Source of the DNA: Nitrospirota bacterium
Lineage (GTDB): Bacteria; Nitrospirota; Thermodesulfovibrionia; Thermodesulfovibrionales; Dissulfurispiraceae
Reading direction: 5' to 3'
NCBI GenBank assembly: GCA_040758355.1
Contig: JBFLWF010000002.1
Location: 102,915-166,914, forward strand
DNA length: 64,000 bases
The position numbers were made by a program, and so were the translations under genes. Below the pieces are notes generated by a model. It was given only the letters and a program-made list of their open reading frames with translations. It ran no database searches and was not told where the DNA came from. Positions 47,528-59,776 of the stretch are shown here, one piece after another (position 1 is the first letter of the stretch; each line of letters opens with the position of its first letter).

Positions 47528-49621
47528 ATGGCAAGGTTGGATGTGGAGAAGATCAGGAATGTGGCGGTAATAGCCCACAGCGGTGCTGGCAAGACCTCAT
47601 TGTCAGAAGCTGTTCTTTTTAATGCAGGCGCCATTGACAGGATGGGCAATACCGAAGATGGGAACACCACCATGGATTATGAACCCGAGGAGGTTTCGAG
47701 GAAGATAAGCATTACATCTGCCGTTGCATATTGTGACTGGAAGGGGCACAGGATAAATCTTATAGATACCCCCGGCTTTATCAATTTTATAGAAGACACA
47801 AGGGGATGTCTGAGGGTTGCTGACGGCGCAATAGTCATCGTGAGCGCCATATCGGGCGTAAAGGCAGAGACAGAAAAGGTGTGGAAATACGCCTGTGAAT
47901 TCGAGGTGCCGAGGATTGTATTTATTAACAAGATGGACAAGGAGACGGCAAACTTTTACAGGGCATTAGGCGAGCTTGAGAAATCCTTTGAGTCTGAAGC
48001 TATACCTTTACACATACCCGTTGGAGAAGGCGAAAACTTTAAAGGTATCGTTGATCTCATATCCATGAAGGCATACATGCTGGAAAATGGCAAAACAATC
48101 GAGAAGGAAATATCCGATGATATAAAAGGCACGGCTGATGAATACAGAAGAAAGCTTGTGGAAAAGGTTGCGGAGTCTGACGATTCTCTTTTAGAGAAAT
48201 ACCTTGAAGGTGGAGAATTAACGGCAGATGAAATAATGAAGGGGATAAAGGAAGGCTCCCTCACCAGAAGGTTTATCCCGGTAACATGCGGTGCTGCTAC
48301 CATTAATTCAGGAGTAACTCAGCTCATGGACGCAATGCTTCTCTGTCTGCCTTCTCCTATTGAGATGAGCAGGATTTCTCCCATAAGAGGGATGAGCCCT
48401 AAAGAGAAGAAGGAAATAGAAAGAAAGCCTGTGGAAACAGACCCTCTTACTTCCTATGTGTTTAAGACCGTTGCAGACCCTTATGCAGGCAAGCTTTCCA
48501 TATTCAGGGTATATTCAGGCGTATTAAAGGCGGACTCCACTGTTCTGAACGCCAATACAGGCACAAAAGAGAGAGTGGGACAGGTATTTTATCTTCTTGG
48601 CAAAAAACATATTCCTGCACAATCTATCGGGCCGGGTGAAATCGCTGCAGTTGTGAAGCTTAAAGATACAAATGTTGGAGATACATTATGCGAGGAACAT
48701 CATCCTTTAATTCTCGAAAAGGTTAAGTTTGCAGACCCCATAATCTCTTATGCCATTGCGCCAAAGAGCAAGGGTGACGAAGAAAAGGTGAGTTCGGGAC
48801 TACACAGGATTTTGGAGGAAGACCCGACGGTTCATTTTACAAGGGATGAGGAATCAAAGGAGATGATCCTCTCAGGGATGGGGCAGGTTCACCTCGAAGT
48901 AGCTTTGGAAAAACTCAAGAGAAAATTCGGCGTTGAAGTCGTGATGAAGACGCCGAAGATTCCTTATAGAGAGACTATCAGGACATCTGCAAAGGCACAG
49001 GGCAGATACAAGAAGCAGTCCGGAGGACGCGGACAGTACGGAGACTGCTGGATAGAGATAGAGCCTTTACAAAGAGGCGGAGGATATGAGTTTGCTGACA
49101 GGATCGTTGGCGGCGTTATTCCTCAGCAATACAGGCCTGCGGTCGAAAAGGGAATAATCGAGACAATGAAAGAGGGGGTCATTGCTGGTTATCCTGTGGT
49201 TGACATGAAGATTACGTTGTATGATGGCTCTTATCACTCGGTTGATTCCTCGGAAATGGCGTTCAAGATAGCAGGCTCAATGGCTTTGAAGAAGGCTTTT
49301 CAGGATGCAAGGCCTGTTCTCCTTGAGCCCATCATGAAGGTGGAGGTAATAGTTCCTGAAGATACACTGGGCTCTGTTATCGGTGATTTGAATTCAAGGC
49401 GTGGAAAGGTTCAGGGCGTTGAGCCGCAGGCAGGCGGCAACCAGAAGATATTATGTCTTGTTCCAATGGCAGAAATGCTCACATACGCAAACCAGCTCCA
49501 GAGCATCACTTCAGGAAGGGGACTTTATTCGATGGAATCTTCGCATTACGAAGAAGTGCCGGGCCATATATCGCAGAAGATAATCGCAGAGAGACAAAAG
49601 CAAAAGGCGGAAGAGCATTGA
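47528..49621 (+). CDS. fusA: Elongation factor G paralog (EF-G2-like)
   Basis: [27 protein letters not shown]; outside the str operon. Confidence 0.85.
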   Translation: MARLDVEKIRNVAVIAHSGAGKTSLSEAVLFNAGAIDRMGNTEDGNTTMDYEPEEVSRKISITSAVAYCDWKGHRINLIDTPGFINFIEDTRGCLRVADGAIVIVSAISGVKAETEKVWKYACEFEVPRIVFINKMDKETANFYRALGELEKSFESEAIPLHIPVGEGENFKGIVDLISMKAYMLENGKTIEKEISDDIKGTADEYRRKLVEKVAESDDSLLEKYLEGGELTADEIMKGIKEGSLTRRFIPVTCGAATINSGVTQLMDAMLLCLPSPIEMSRISPIRGMSPKEKKEIERKPVETDPLTSYVFKTVADPYAGKLSIFRVYSGVLKADSTVLNANTGTKERVGQVFYLLGKKHIPAQSIGPGEIAAVVKLKDTNVGDTLCEEHHPLILEKVKFADPIISYAIAPKSKGDEEKVSSGLHRILEEDPTVHFTRDEESKEMILSGMGQVHLEVALEKLKRKFGVEVVMKTPKIPYRETIRTSAKAQGRYKKQSGGRGQYGDCWIEIEPLQRGGGYEFADRIVGGVIPQQYRPAVEKGIIETMKEGVIAGYPVVDMKITLYDGSYHSVDSSEMAFKIAGSMALKKAFQDARPVLLEPIMKVEVIVPEDTLGSVIGDLNSRRGKVQGVEPQAGGNQKILCLVPMAEMLTYANQLQSITSGRGLYSMESSHYEEVPGHISQKIIAERQKQKAEEH

Positions 49622-49622
49622 T

Positions 49623-50996
49623 ATGAAAAAACCCTGGTCAGGAAGGTTTACAGAAAAGACATCGGAGATTGTGGAGAAATACACAGAGTCCATATCTTTT
49701 GACAAAAGGCTCTGGAAATATGATATCGAGGGAAGCATTGCCCATGCGAAGATGCTGGCAAAGCAGGGAATTATTCCAAAGAAGGATGCGGACAAGATAA
49801 TAAAAGGTTTAAAGGAAATTTACAAGGAGATAGAGGATGGCAGGTTCAAATTCAGGGAAGAGTTTGAAGATGTTCATATGAACATTGAGGCTGCCTTAAT
49901 CGAAAAGATTGGAGATATCGGAGGAAGGCTACATACAGCACGATCAAGGAATGATCAGATTACGCTTGACATAAGGCTTTATCTCAGGGCAGAGGTCAAA
50001 GAAATAATCTCCCTTTTAAAGAACCTTGAGACTGTTCTTTCAGACATGGCTGAGAAGAATCTCGGCATTATTATGCCTGGATATACGCATCTTCAAAGGG
50101 CGCAGCCGGTTCTTTTAGCGCATCACTTAATGGCTTATGCACATATGTTTGAAAGGGACAGGGCAAGGTTTGCGGATGATCTTAAGAGGATTAATATTTT
50201 GCCCCTTGGCTCATGCGCCCTTGCAGGGACAACACTTCCAACAGACAGACATTATGTTGCTGAGTTGCTGGAATTCGATGCTGTATCTGAAAACAGCATG
50301 GATTCTGTATCCGACAGGGATTTTGCCATTGAGTTTCTGTCATGCGCTTCAATATTTATGATGCATACATCAAGGCTTGCAGAGGAGTTGATACTCTGGT
50401 CTTCCGAGGAGTTCTCTTTCATAGAACTGCCGGATGCATTCACAACAGGCTCGAGTATTATGCCTCAGAAGAAGAATCCCGATGTTGCAGAACTGATGCG
50501 GGGAAAGACAGGAAGGGTCTATGGCAATCTCATGGGTCTGCTTACAACAATGAAGGGCCTTCCGCTCACTTACAACAGGGATATGCAGGAAGACAAAGAG
50601 CCTGTCTTCGATACCGTTGATACAGCTAAGCTGACACTGAATGTTCTTGTTCAGATGCTTCCCAAAATAAGATTTAATGAAAAAAGACTGAAGGATACAG
50701 CGGATGCAGCCTTTTCCACCGCCACAGACATTGCGGAATATCTCGTGAGAAAAGGCATTCCATTCAGAACTGCCCATGAAATCACCGGCAAGATAGTTCG
50801 ATGTTGTATTGATAATGGCAAGAAGCTTTCTGATTTAAGCATTTCAGAATATAAGTCCTTCTCAAATAGCATAGGCAGTGACATTTATGAATTCATCGGC
50901 ACATCTGAATCCGTAAATGCAAAGAAGTCATACGGAGGCACATCGACTGAAATGGTGAAGGAGCAGATTGAAAGGTTCAGGAAAAGGCTGAAATGA
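49623..50996 (+). CDS. argH: Argininosuccinate lyase
   Basis: [18 protein letters not shown]. Confidence 0.95.
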   Translation: MKKPWSGRFTEKTSEIVEKYTESISFDKRLWKYDIEGSIAHAKMLAKQGIIPKKDADKIIKGLKEIYKEIEDGRFKFREEFEDVHMNIEAALIEKIGDIGGRLHTARSRNDQITLDIRLYLRAEVKEIISLLKNLETVLSDMAEKNLGIIMPGYTHLQRAQPVLLAHHLMAYAHMFERDRARFADDLKRINILPLGSCALAGTTLPTDRHYVAELLEFDAVSENSMDSVSDRDFAIEFLSCASIFMMHTSRLAEELILWSSEEFSFIELPDAFTTGSSIMPQKKNPDVAELMRGKTGRVYGNLMGLLTTMKGLPLTYNRDMQEDKEPVFDTVDTAKLTLNVLVQMLPKIRFNEKRLKDTADAAFSTATDIAEYLVRKGIPFRTAHEITGKIVRCCIDNGKKLSDLSISEYKSFSNSIGSDIYEFIGTSESVNAKKSYGGTSTEMVKEQIERFRKRLK

Positions 50997-51970
50997 AATT
51001 TAGGCAGCGACTTTTATTGGCATTGCTTCTGATTTGTAGTGCTTTGTTCATCATCTCCTGCGGCAGAAAGGGAGATCCAACCCTTAAGACATTTGAGAAA
51101 CCAATTCCTGTGAAGGAAATAAGAGCGGTTCATCGAGAGGATGAACTTGCAATTTCATGGTCATATCCTGCATCTGAAAGAGCAAAGATTAAAGGTTTTT
51201 ATATAGAAAAGGCGGAAATAAAAAGTCAGGAGTCAGGAGTCCAGAGTCCAGAGTTTAAAAACATTACATTCTTGAAGAATGATATCTCACAGTTTGTTGA
51301 TAAGGATTTCAAAACAAAGCAGGAATATTTTTACAGGATACGCGTGTACAGCCTGAGGGATATTATAAGCGATGAGTCTCCGATTCTTAAAATAAAGCCA
51401 TTACCTCTACCTGACAGGCCAACGGGTTTGAAATATTCTGTAACTAAAGATTCTGTCGTAATCAAATGGGACTGGGTCTGCGCTGAGTTTAAATACAATA
51501 TTTATAAGAGCTACGAAAAAGGAAAATATCCCGCATCTCCATTGAACAATATCCCGCTAACTGCAACCTCCTTTAGCGATAAAGTCGAAAAAGACAAACC
51601 TGCCTATTACACGTTAAGGGCATTGCTTGATACGAATATTAAGGATGAAGGCTATCTATCGGAAGAATTGGAGGTTAACCCTGAAACCTTTATTCCCTCG
51701 CAACCGCATAATCTGAAATATGTTCCATCCGAAAAAAAGGTTTACCTCATGTGGGATGAAAACCCTGAAGTCTGGATCAAGGGATACAGGATATACAGGA
51801 AAAAGGGAATGGAGACAGAATTTACATTAATAGGAGAGTCAACTCTGCCTGCCTTTACAGACAACGAGCCCCTTTCTTCAAAGAGGTCATATTTCATAAC
51901 TGCTGTTGGACCCGGCAAAGAAGGCACCCCATCAGAGACAGTCGAGGTTCATCCTCTGCCGGAAAGATAA
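50993..51970 (+). CDS. Fibronectin type III repeat lipoprotein
   Basis: Lipobox IISCGRKG; W...Y.IY...Y.V FN3 patterns. Confidence 0.75.
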   Translation: MKFRQRLLLALLLICSALFIISCGRKGDPTLKTFEKPIPVKEIRAVHREDELAISWSYPASERAKIKGFYIEKAEIKSQESGVQSPEFKNITFLKNDISQFVDKDFKTKQEYFYRIRVYSLRDIISDESPILKIKPLPLPDRPTGLKYSVTKDSVVIKWDWVCAEFKYNIYKSYEKGKYPASPLNNIPLTATSFSDKVEKDKPAYYTLRALLDTNIKDEGYLSEELEVNPETFIPSQPHNLKYVPSEKKVYLMWDENPEVWIKGYRIYRKKGMETEFTLIGESTLPAFTDNEPLSSKRSYFITAVGPGKEGTPSETVEVHPLPER

Positions 51971-51983
51971 ATGAAAAGGTAGA

Positions 51984-53066
51984 ATGGAAAAAATACTTCT
52001 TGGTCATGGAAGCGGCGGCAAGTTGATGCACAAGTTGATCGAGGAGCATTTTGCACCCGAATTTGGCCTGAAAGAACTCAATGATTCTGCGGTTATTAAT
52101 TTCTCCGATTCACCCATTCACCCATTCACCCATTCACCAATAAGGCTTGCATTCACCACAGACTCCTACGTAGTTTCTCCAATATTCTTCCCAGGTGGAA
52201 ACATCGGCGAGCTTGCAGTAAACGGGACTGTGAATGACCTTTCTATGGTCGGTGCAAGACCCCTTTATCTATCGGTTGGATTTATCCTTGAAGAGGGACT
52301 CTCGCTGGATAATTTAAAGACAATCCTCTCGTCAATGGCAGAAGCCGCTAAAAAGGCCAATGTAAAAATAGTAGCAGGCGATACAAAGGTCGTGGATAAA
52401 GGCAAAGGAGACGGTATATTCATCAACACAAGCGGTATCGGAATTATCCCTGATGGTATTGAACTTGGAGCAAAGAATATCAAGGCAGGAGACAGGGTGA
52501 TAGTAAGCGGGCTTATAGGGAATCACGGCATAGCTGTTTTATCCGAGAGGAATGGGCTGTCCTTTGAGCCGCCTGTTCTGAGCGATACAGCACCATTGAA
52601 TGGCCTTGTAGAATCGATGTTCTCTTTTATGGGGGGATTTCAGAAGGGGGACAAATGTCCACCTTCTGGACTAATACGTATGATGAGAGATCCGACAAGG
52701 GGAGGCGTTGCCACCACATTAAGGGAAATGGCCGGCGATTCAGGGCTCTGCATCACCATTCATGAAAATTTGCTGCCTATATCATCGGGTGTGAGAGGCG
52801 CATGTGAACTGCTTGGCATGGATCCTCTTTATGTTGCGAATGAAGGCATTCTTATAGCTATTGCAGCTCCTGACGTAGCCGACCTTCTTGTGCAGGAAAT
52901 GAGGTCACATCCCATGGGAAGGGGTGCAGCAATTATAGGCGAGGTTGTCGGCAGCGATCCACGAACTCATGGAATGATTGGGGGAACGGTTTTGCTTAAA
53001 ACCTCAATCGGCGGGACCCGAATTATAGACATGCTCGCTGGAGAACAACTGCCGAGAATATGCTAA
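51984..53066 (+). CDS. hypE: Hydrogenase maturation protein HypE
   Basis: GHGSGG, TTDSYVV, RDPTRGG, C-terminal PRIC. Confidence 0.95.
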   Translation: MEKILLGHGSGGKLMHKLIEEHFAPEFGLKELNDSAVINFSDSPIHPFTHSPIRLAFTTDSYVVSPIFFPGGNIGELAVNGTVNDLSMVGARPLYLSVGFILEEGLSLDNLKTILSSMAEAAKKANVKIVAGDTKVVDKGKGDGIFINTSGIGIIPDGIELGAKNIKAGDRVIVSGLIGNHGIAVLSERNGLSFEPPVLSDTAPLNGLVESMFSFMGGFQKGDKCPPSGLIRMMRDPTRGGVATTLREMAGDSGLCITIHENLLPISSGVRGACELLGMDPLYVANEGILIAIAAPDVADLLVQEMRSHPMGRGAAIIGEVVGSDPRTHGMIGGTVLLKTSIGGTRIIDMLAGEQLPRIC

Positions 53067-53115
53067 AATAGCTGTTAGCTCATAAATGAGGGATTGATAG
53101 AAAGGGAGGTTTGAA

Positions 53116-54081
53116 ATGATTAAAAAATATAGTTTGCTGTTTACTGCTTACTGCTTACTGCTTACTGTATTTGGCTATACGACTGTTGCAAGCAGTGCCA
53201 TTCTGCTCGATAAGGTCATGGCTATAGTGAATAAAGAGGTAATAACATGGAGCGACCTTTATAAGGCAATGGAATTCGAGGCGACTGATGAGATAAAGGC
53301 AATGAAGGATGAGGACAGGCGGAGATTTTTTAAAGAAAATGAGTCGATGTTTCTGGAAAGCCTGATCGATATGAGACTCCAGCTTCAGGAGGCAGCAAAG
53401 GCAGGTGTTTCTGCAAGCGATGAGGATGTGAACAGGGCCATTGAAAACATAAAGAAGAAATACTCCATGACGGATGAGGCATTCAAGGATGCTATCGGCA
53501 AAGAAGGCTTTACCCTTGCCGAGTACAGAAAAAAGCTTTTAGAGCAGATAACCATAAGCCGTATTGTAGACCAGGATGTGAAAAGCAAGGTTTTGGTAAC
53601 AGAGGGCGAGATTGATAAGTATATTGCAGGGCATAAAGAACTGGAAAAAGAGAGTGAAGGCTTTAATATAAGCCATATATTTCTTAAAGGGTCAAGGGAC
53701 GACATAAAAAGGCTCGAAGAAAAGGCATTGGATATCTACAAAAAGATAAAGGCAGGAGAAAGCTTCGCTGAACTGGCAAGGCAGTATTCCGAAGATGCAA
53801 GCGCAAGCATCGGCGGCGAACTCGGGTTTATAAGAAAATCGGACATGTCAAATGATTTCCTGAATGTCCTCTCAAAGATGAAGGCCGGCGACGCGAGCGA
53901 GCCCTTCTGGGGAGGAAACGGCATCCATATTATCAGGCTTAATGACAAGAGGGAAATTAAGAGTCCTCAGGAATTGAGGGAGATGGTACGGCAGAGATTA
54001 CTGGAGGAGAAATTCAGCAGGGAGTATAAAAACTGGATTAAGGGATTGCGAGAAAGGGCATATGTGGAAATAAAGATATAA
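53116..54081 (+). CDS. surA: SurA-like parvulin peptidyl-prolyl isomerase
   Basis: AIVNKEVIT; HIF..., FAELARQYSED, GGELG. Confidence 0.8.
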   Translation: MIKKYSLLFTAYCLLLTVFGYTTVASSAILLDKVMAIVNKEVITWSDLYKAMEFEATDEIKAMKDEDRRRFFKENESMFLESLIDMRLQLQEAAKAGVSASDEDVNRAIENIKKKYSMTDEAFKDAIGKEGFTLAEYRKKLLEQITISRIVDQDVKSKVLVTEGEIDKYIAGHKELEKESEGFNISHIFLKGSRDDIKRLEEKALDIYKKIKAGESFAELARQYSEDASASIGGELGFIRKSDMSNDFLNVLSKMKAGDASEPFWGGNGIHIIRLNDKREIKSPQELREMVRQRLLEEKFSREYKNWIKGLRERAYVEIKI

Positions 54082-54812
54082 TGGAGCAGAGAATTCAAAA
54101 AATACTCGCTCAGATGGGGATAGCATCGAGGAGGAAGGCAGAGGAGCTTATTATTGAAGGCAGGGTAACAGTAAATGGGAAGATAGCAACCCTCGGGATG
54201 AAGGCAGACCCTGCAAAAGATCACATAAAGGTTGACGGAAGGCTTTTAGTAAAGCCGGAGCCAAAGATATATTTAGTGTTCAATAAGCCTGTTGGAGTTG
54301 TTACATCGCTCTCAGACCCTGAGGGAAGGCCGACTATAAAGGATTTCCTGAAGGGGATAAAATACAGGGTCTTTCCTGTGGGAAGGCTCGATTACGACTC
54401 CGAAGGGCTTTTGTTGATAACGAATGACGGAGATTTTGCCCATCGCATACTCCATCCCTCGAAGAAGATTCCAAAGACGTATGTGATTAAGGTGAAAGGA
54501 ATTGTTGATGAAGATGCAATGGAGAGGCTAAGGCGTGGAGTGAGGCTGGAGGATGGTTTAACAGCACCGGCAAAAGTGAAGAAGGTAAGGCTGTCGGAGA
54601 GTAATTCGTGGGTTGAGATAACAATATATGAAGGCAGGAAGAGACAGGTAAGACGGATGCTGGAAAAGGTCGGATACCCTGTGATTAAACTGAGGAGAAT
54701 AACTATTGGTAGTTTAAAGCTTGGTGATTTAAAGACGGGAGAGATGAGGCGACTGACACAAGAAGAAGTTAAGAAGCTGAAATCCAGCTTTGCCATGTAC
54801 TTTACGTTATAA
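54081..54812 (+). CDS. rluB: rRNA pseudouridine synthase (RluB-like)
   Basis: S4 domain; [19 protein letters not shown]. Confidence 0.88.
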   Translation: MEQRIQKILAQMGIASRRKAEELIIEGRVTVNGKIATLGMKADPAKDHIKVDGRLLVKPEPKIYLVFNKPVGVVTSLSDPEGRPTIKDFLKGIKYRVFPVGRLDYDSEGLLLITNDGDFAHRILHPSKKIPKTYVIKVKGIVDEDAMERLRRGVRLEDGLTAPAKVKKVRLSESNSWVEITIYEGRKRQVRRMLEKVGYPVIKLRRITIGSLKLGDLKTGEMRRLTQEEVKKLKSSFAMYFTL

Positions 54813-54828
54813 AATTTTTGGAGGTTTT

Positions 54829-56619
54829 ATGATTCGCGATAAATGGTGCGGCGAAATCAGGGAGTCGGATATAGGCTCCAATATGAGTCTTGCAGGATGG
54901 GTATTCAGGAGGAGGGATCACGGAGGCCTGATATTTGTCGATCTGAGGGACAGGAGCGGCATTGCCCAGGTTGTCTTCAGCCCTGATGTCTCAAAGGAGG
55001 CGCATGGGCTTGCCCATGATTTAAGGGGCGAGTTTGTTATATCCGTATCAGGGGAAATAAGACAGAGGCCTGAAGGAACAGAGAATCCGAATCTCCCGAC
55101 AGGCATGGTCGAGCTTTATGCGAAAGAACTGAAGGTGTTGAATGAATCAACCCCGTTGCCGTTTCCCATGGAAGAGGCTGCAGAGGCATCCGAGTCTTTG
55201 AGGCTGAAATACAGGTACCTCGACCTGAGGAGGCCTGAACTGCAGAATAATCTGATTGTCAGGCACGGGGCTACAAAGGTTATAAGGGATTATCTCGATG
55301 AAAAGGGTTTTCTCGAAATAGAGACGCCAATGCTCACAAAATCGACTCCTGAAGGCGCAAGGGATTACCTCGTGCCGAGCAGGCTCAATCCCGGGCATTT
55401 CTATGCACTTCCCCAGTCGCCCCAGCTTTTTAAGCAGATCCTCATGGTGTCAGGGCTTGAAAGGTATTTTCAGATAGTAAAGTGCTTCAGGGATGAAGAC
55501 CTGAGGGCCGACAGACAACCGGAGTTTACCCAGGTTGATATGGAGATGTCCTTTGCTGATAAAGAGGATATTATAGCTGTTATAGAGGGTATGATTAAGA
55601 GGCTTTTCAAGGATGTCTTAGTCACCGAGATAGAGGTGCCATTTCAGAGGCTCAGTTTTAAGGATTCAATGGAGAGATTCGGCAATGACAAGCCTGATCT
55701 GAGATTCGGCCTTGAATTGAAGGACATGGCAGACCTTGCATCAAAGGGTTCATTCAAGGTCTTTTTAGATGCACTGCAATCCAAAGGCAGGGTAAAGGCG
55801 ATTAACGGTAAAGGAATGGCAGGGCTTTCCCGAAAAGAAATAGATATGCTTACTGAAGAGGCGCAATCCTTTGGTGCAAAGGGACTTGCATGGATAAAGG
55901 TAAAGAACGGTTTTGAATCGCCTATCGCCAAGTTCTTCCCCGAGGAGGTCTTAAGGCAGATGGCAGAGAGGCTTGAGGCGTCTGAAGGTGATTTGATGCT
56001 GTTCGTTGCCGACAAAGAGAAGGTTGTGCATGATGTATTAAGCCGAATGAGGCTTGAACTCGGCAAAAGACTGAACCTCATAAAGGATGGGTTCAGATTC
56101 CTGTGGGTAACGGATTACCCGCTTCTGGAATGGGACGAAGAAGGCGGCAGATTTACAGCCATGCACCATCCATTTACTTCTCCAGTAGATGAGGATATCG
56201 AAAAGATGTTTTCGATGAATGTTTCTGAACTCCAGACTCCTGACTCCGAACTCGGGACCCTGAGGGCCAGGGCATACGACATCGTGCTTAACGGCTATGA
56301 GATAGGCGGCGGCAGCATCCGTATTCACAGAAGGGACGTGCAGAAGAAGATGTTCGAGATACTGAAGATATCGGAGGACGAGGCAAGATTAAAATTCGGT
56401 TTTCTCCTCGATGCCCTTGAATACGGCGCGCCTCCACACGGAGGCATTGCACTCGGTCTGGACAGGCTGGTGATGTTGATGGTTGGAGCACATTCCATAA
56501 GGGATGTTATAGCATTCCCGAAAACCCAGAAGGCTGTATGTCTTATGAGCGGTGCGCCATCGACGGTGGAGCTCAAACAGTTGAGGGAATTGAATATAAA
56601 GGTGGATATCCCGTTATAA
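54829..56619 (+). CDS. aspS: Aspartyl-tRNA synthetase (probably non-discriminating)
   Basis: [27 protein letters not shown]; start after RBS ggagg. Confidence 0.95.
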   Translation: MIRDKWCGEIRESDIGSNMSLAGWVFRRRDHGGLIFVDLRDRSGIAQVVFSPDVSKEAHGLAHDLRGEFVISVSGEIRQRPEGTENPNLPTGMVELYAKELKVLNESTPLPFPMEEAAEASESLRLKYRYLDLRRPELQNNLIVRHGATKVIRDYLDEKGFLEIETPMLTKSTPEGARDYLVPSRLNPGHFYALPQSPQLFKQILMVSGLERYFQIVKCFRDEDLRADRQPEFTQVDMEMSFADKEDIIAVIEGMIKRLFKDVLVTEIEVPFQRLSFKDSMERFGNDKPDLRFGLELKDMADLASKGSFKVFLDALQSKGRVKAINGKGMAGLSRKEIDMLTEEAQSFGAKGLAWIKVKNGFESPIAKFFPEEVLRQMAERLEASEGDLMLFVADKEKVVHDVLSRMRLELGKRLNLIKDGFRFLWVTDYPLLEWDEEGGRFTAMHHPFTSPVDEDIEKMFSMNVSELQTPDSELGTLRARAYDIVLNGYEIGGGSIRIHRRDVQKKMFEILKISEDEARLKFGFLLDALEYGAPPHGGIALGLDRLVMLMVGAHSIRDVIAFPKTQKAVCLMSGAPSTVELKQLRELNIKVDIPL

Positions 56620-56661
56620 ATGGTTGACAATCGGCATGTTTTCTGTAATTATTAACTAAAT

Positions 56662-57714
56662 ATGTTTAAAAAGAAGAATCCCATAGGCCTCGATATTGGG
56701 TCGGCTTACATCAAAGCCATCCAGATCAATGATACAAAGACAGGCTATGAGCTTGCCCTTTTTGACATGATCCCCATCCAGCCCGGTGTTATCGGCGACG
56801 GGATGATTGCAGATAAGGCCAAACTGACCACCTCTATCAAGGAATTGCTCAAAAAGGCCGGCATAAAAAGGAACGATGCGGTTATCAGTGTTTCCGGCCA
56901 TTCCTCCGTGATCATAAAAAAGATAACGATACCGATTATGACCGAAGAAGAACTCGGCGCTTCGATAAAATACGAGGCCGAACAATATGTGCCGTTCGAT
57001 ATAAACGATGTGGAAATCGATTTCCAGATACTCGGCCCCAAGGCAGAGGAAGAAGGGCAGATGGATGTTGTCCTTGTAGCTGTTAAAAAGGCTGTGATAA
57101 AAGATTACCACGATGTTGTCGCGCAGGCAGGGCTTGAGCCGGTTATCGTGGATGTCGACTCCTTTGCTCTCAGCAACATGTATGAAATCAACTACGGTAT
57201 AGAAGAAAGAAAAAATATTGCACTGATCAATGTCGGCGCAAGCACGACAAACATAAACATTCTCCAGAACGGACTGCCTGTTTTTACAAGGGACAGCGCC
57301 ATGGGCAGCAATCACCATACAGAGGCATTGGAGAGGGAGTTCGGAATTTCCAGAGAAGACGCCGAGCGATTGAAAATGGGACGTTCTGTAGAGGGCATTC
57401 TGCCAGCCGATGTGCAGCTTGTCATTAATTCTGCTTCCGAGGAGATATATGCTGAACTCTACAGGTCTTTTGAATATTTCCGCAGCAGCGTTGCAGAAGA
57501 GGATATAGATAAGATTATCCTGAGCGGAGGGGCTGCCCTCATAAAGGGTTTCCCTGAAGCGATGACGGACAGGCTCGGTATCGAGGTGGAGGTTGCGGAT
57601 CCGTTCAAGAATATAAGAATACCCGAAAAGCTCGATGCAACTCATATAAAAGAAACGGCGCCGATAGCTGCAATAGCTGTCGGGCTTGCCCTGAGGCGTG
57701 TCGGAGACAGATAA
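56662..57714 (+). CDS. pilM: Type IV pilus assembly protein PilM
   Basis: IGLDIGS, EAEQYVPF, LSGG, GLALR. Confidence 0.93.
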   Translation: MFKKKNPIGLDIGSAYIKAIQINDTKTGYELALFDMIPIQPGVIGDGMIADKAKLTTSIKELLKKAGIKRNDAVISVSGHSSVIIKKITIPIMTEEELGASIKYEAEQYVPFDINDVEIDFQILGPKAEEEGQMDVVLVAVKKAVIKDYHDVVAQAGLEPVIVDVDSFALSNMYEINYGIEERKNIALINVGASTTNINILQNGLPVFTRDSAMGSNHHTEALEREFGISREDAERLKMGRSVEGILPADVQLVINSASEEIYAELYRSFEYFRSSVAEEDIDKIILSGGAALIKGFPEAMTDRLGIEVEVADPFKNIRIPEKLDATHIKETAPIAAIAVGLALRRVGDR

Positions 57715-58256
57715 TGATAAGGATAAACCTTTTAGCTGAAAAGAAGAAAAAAAAGAGGGTAAAGGGCCCTGCAAGCTTTCTTGTGGCAATCATTATTGTC
57801 AGCGGCGCAGCACTCATCTTAATGGGACTTGTCACCTTTTTGTTTAAATCGAGCGTATCGAAACTCAAGGCGCAGAGCGAATCAAATAAAGCAAAATTGA
57901 CGGAACTGAACAAAAAGATAAATGAAGTGAAAAAATACGAGAAACTGAATAAAGAGATCGAGCAGCGGAATGCCCTTATAGAGACTCTCAGGAAGAACCA
58001 GGCTGTCCCTGTAAGGATACTCGATGATGTGAGCATGGTTATGCCCGAGGGCATCTGGCTGGCTTCCATGACATATAAGGACAGCGGCGTGGGATTGGAA
58101 GGATATGCTTTCACAAATATCGACATTGTTTCTTATGTTGAAAACTTAAAGAAGTCAGTAAACTTTACTGATGTATATCTTGAGGAATCAAAACAGGTGG
58201 AGTTTGAGAAGGTTCAGGTATATAGATTCAAACTTAATTTTAAGGTAAAGGTATAG
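57714..58256 (+). CDS. pilN: Type IV pilus assembly protein PilN
   Basis: IRINLL, TM helix, PEGIWL. Confidence 0.9.
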   Translation: MIRINLLAEKKKKKRVKGPASFLVAIIIVSGAALILMGLVTFLFKSSVSKLKAQSESNKAKLTELNKKINEVKKYEKLNKEIEQRNALIETLRKNQAVPVRILDDVSMVMPEGIWLASMTYKDSGVGLEGYAFTNIDIVSYVENLKKSVNFTDVYLEESKQVEFEKVQVYRFKLNFKVKV

Positions 58257-58262
58257 CATACG

Positions 58263-58886
58263 ATGGCACTAAAGCTTGGTTTTGATGTAGAGACTCTCCC
58301 TCCAGCGAGAAAAAAGCTGCTGCTTGTGCTGCCTCCATTAATTATCATTGTTCTTTTTGCTGTTTTATTGATAATGCCTGCCTTTGAAGAGAGGGGAAAG
58401 TTGGCGACTGAAGTGGAGAAGCAGAATAATGAAATCCAGACAGCTAAGAAAGGTGCAGAAAAACTTTCCACACTCATGGCCGAAAACGAGAGATTGAGAA
58501 GTAAGCTCTTCGAGCTGCAGATACAACTGCCTGAGGAGAAGGAGGTATCAGGGCTTTTAAGGCAGGTCTCAGAACTCGGGATAAAATCAGGGCTCCAGAT
58601 CGTTTCATGGAAGCCGAAGGACAAGGTTGTTCATCCGAGTAAAGAAGTATATGAAATCCCGGTTGAGGTGGAGATGCGGGGTAATTACCACAGGTTTGGT
58701 CAATTCTTCAGCAATATCACGAAACTCAGCAGGGTTGTTAATATTTCCAACATAAATATAAAGACAGCAGATCAAAAACAAAAGGCTGCGGTACTGAATG
58801 TCAGTTTTACTGCAATGACATACTCTTTTATTCCTGAGAAAGAAAGAAAAGAACTGGAAAAGGCCGCAAAAGAGAAGAAGAAATGA
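58263..58886 (+). CDS. pilO: Type IV pilus assembly protein PilO
   Basis: LPEEKEV, EIPV, GNYH. Confidence 0.9.
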   Translation: MALKLGFDVETLPPARKKLLLVLPPLIIIVLFAVLLIMPAFEERGKLATEVEKQNNEIQTAKKGAEKLSTLMAENERLRSKLFELQIQLPEEKEVSGLLRQVSELGIKSGLQIVSWKPKDKVVHPSKEVYEIPVEVEMRGNYHRFGQFFSNITKLSRVVNISNINIKTADQKQKAAVLNVSFTAMTYSFIPEKERKELEKAAKEKKK

Positions 58887-59776
58887 AAAAGAGACTTGTA
58901 TTAATACTCTCGATATCAGGCGTTGTATTCCTGGGTGTTATTATTGCCATAGCAATGATGTTCTATTTTGGAGGCAAACTGGACAAAGAAAGCAAGGCAT
59001 ATGTTGATAATGTGGTTCCTTCTGTTTTTGGGAGATGGGACTTTTCAAAAATAATGCAGCATGCAAGCCCCGAGTTTCTTTCCACCATGAAGAGTCCACA
59101 GGATAAGGCAAGGCTTGAAGATTTATTCAGGGTCTGCTCTGAAAGGCTCGGTGTGTTGAAGCAGTATAACGGCTCGGAAGGACAGGCAACAGTGCATCAC
59201 GAAGGCGGTAAGAGCAAAACAGTATATGCAGATTATACTGCACGAGGAGCTTTCGAGAAAGCCCAGGCAAAGATTACAATGAGGATTATTCGAAAGGGCG
59301 ATAAATGGCAGATTTATTCCTTTAATGTCACCTCGCCGGCTTTATTAAGTGCTGCCTTGCCGCAAAAACAAATGTCTCCCGAAGCTGCAAAGAAGGAGGA
59401 TGTATCAAAAAGGGCTCTGGAGCCGAAGACAGGGGCAGGGGTTGAATATACTGCAGGTACAAGGAGAGACCCGTTTATGCCTCTTATTGTAAAGGCTGAT
59501 GCCAAACCTCCGAAAGGGATGCCTATAGAGAGCTATGAAGTCTCTGAATTCAAGCTCATCGCCATATTATGGGACAAGACAAAATATTACGCAGTCATTA
59601 CTCTGCCTGACGGCAAATCATATACAATTAGAGAAGGAGTTAAAATGGGCCTGCACGGAGGGAAGGTGTATAAGGTAACAAAGGATTCTGTTATCATCAG
59701 AGAACATGTAAGGGATTATAAAGGTGCCCTCAGCCCGAAGGACACCATCTTAAAACTCCGCAGGGAGGAAGAATGA
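58883..59776 (+). CDS. pilP: PilP with an extra N-terminal membrane-anchored domain
   Basis: C-terminal RRDPF..ESYEVSEFKL..G..Y....G..MG; ~150-aa extra domain; no lipobox. Confidence 0.75.
   Translation: MKKRLVLILSISGVVFLGVIIAIAMMFYFGGKLDKESKAYVDNVVPSVFGRWDFSKIMQHASPEFLSTMKSPQDKARLEDLFRVCSERLGVLKQYNGSEGQATVHHEGGKSKTVYADYTARGAFEKAQAKITMRIIRKGDKWQIYSFNVTSPALLSAALPQKQMSPEAAKKEDVSKRALEPKTGAGVEYTAGTRRDPFMPLIVKADAKPPKGMPIESYEVSEFKLIAILWDKTKYYAVITLPDGKSYTIREGVKMGLHGGKVYKVTKDSVIIREHVRDYKGALSPKDTILKLRREEE

Noticed and set aside
56656..57789. 377-aa antisense ORF
   Set aside because: Shadow of pilM with no recognisable motifs.
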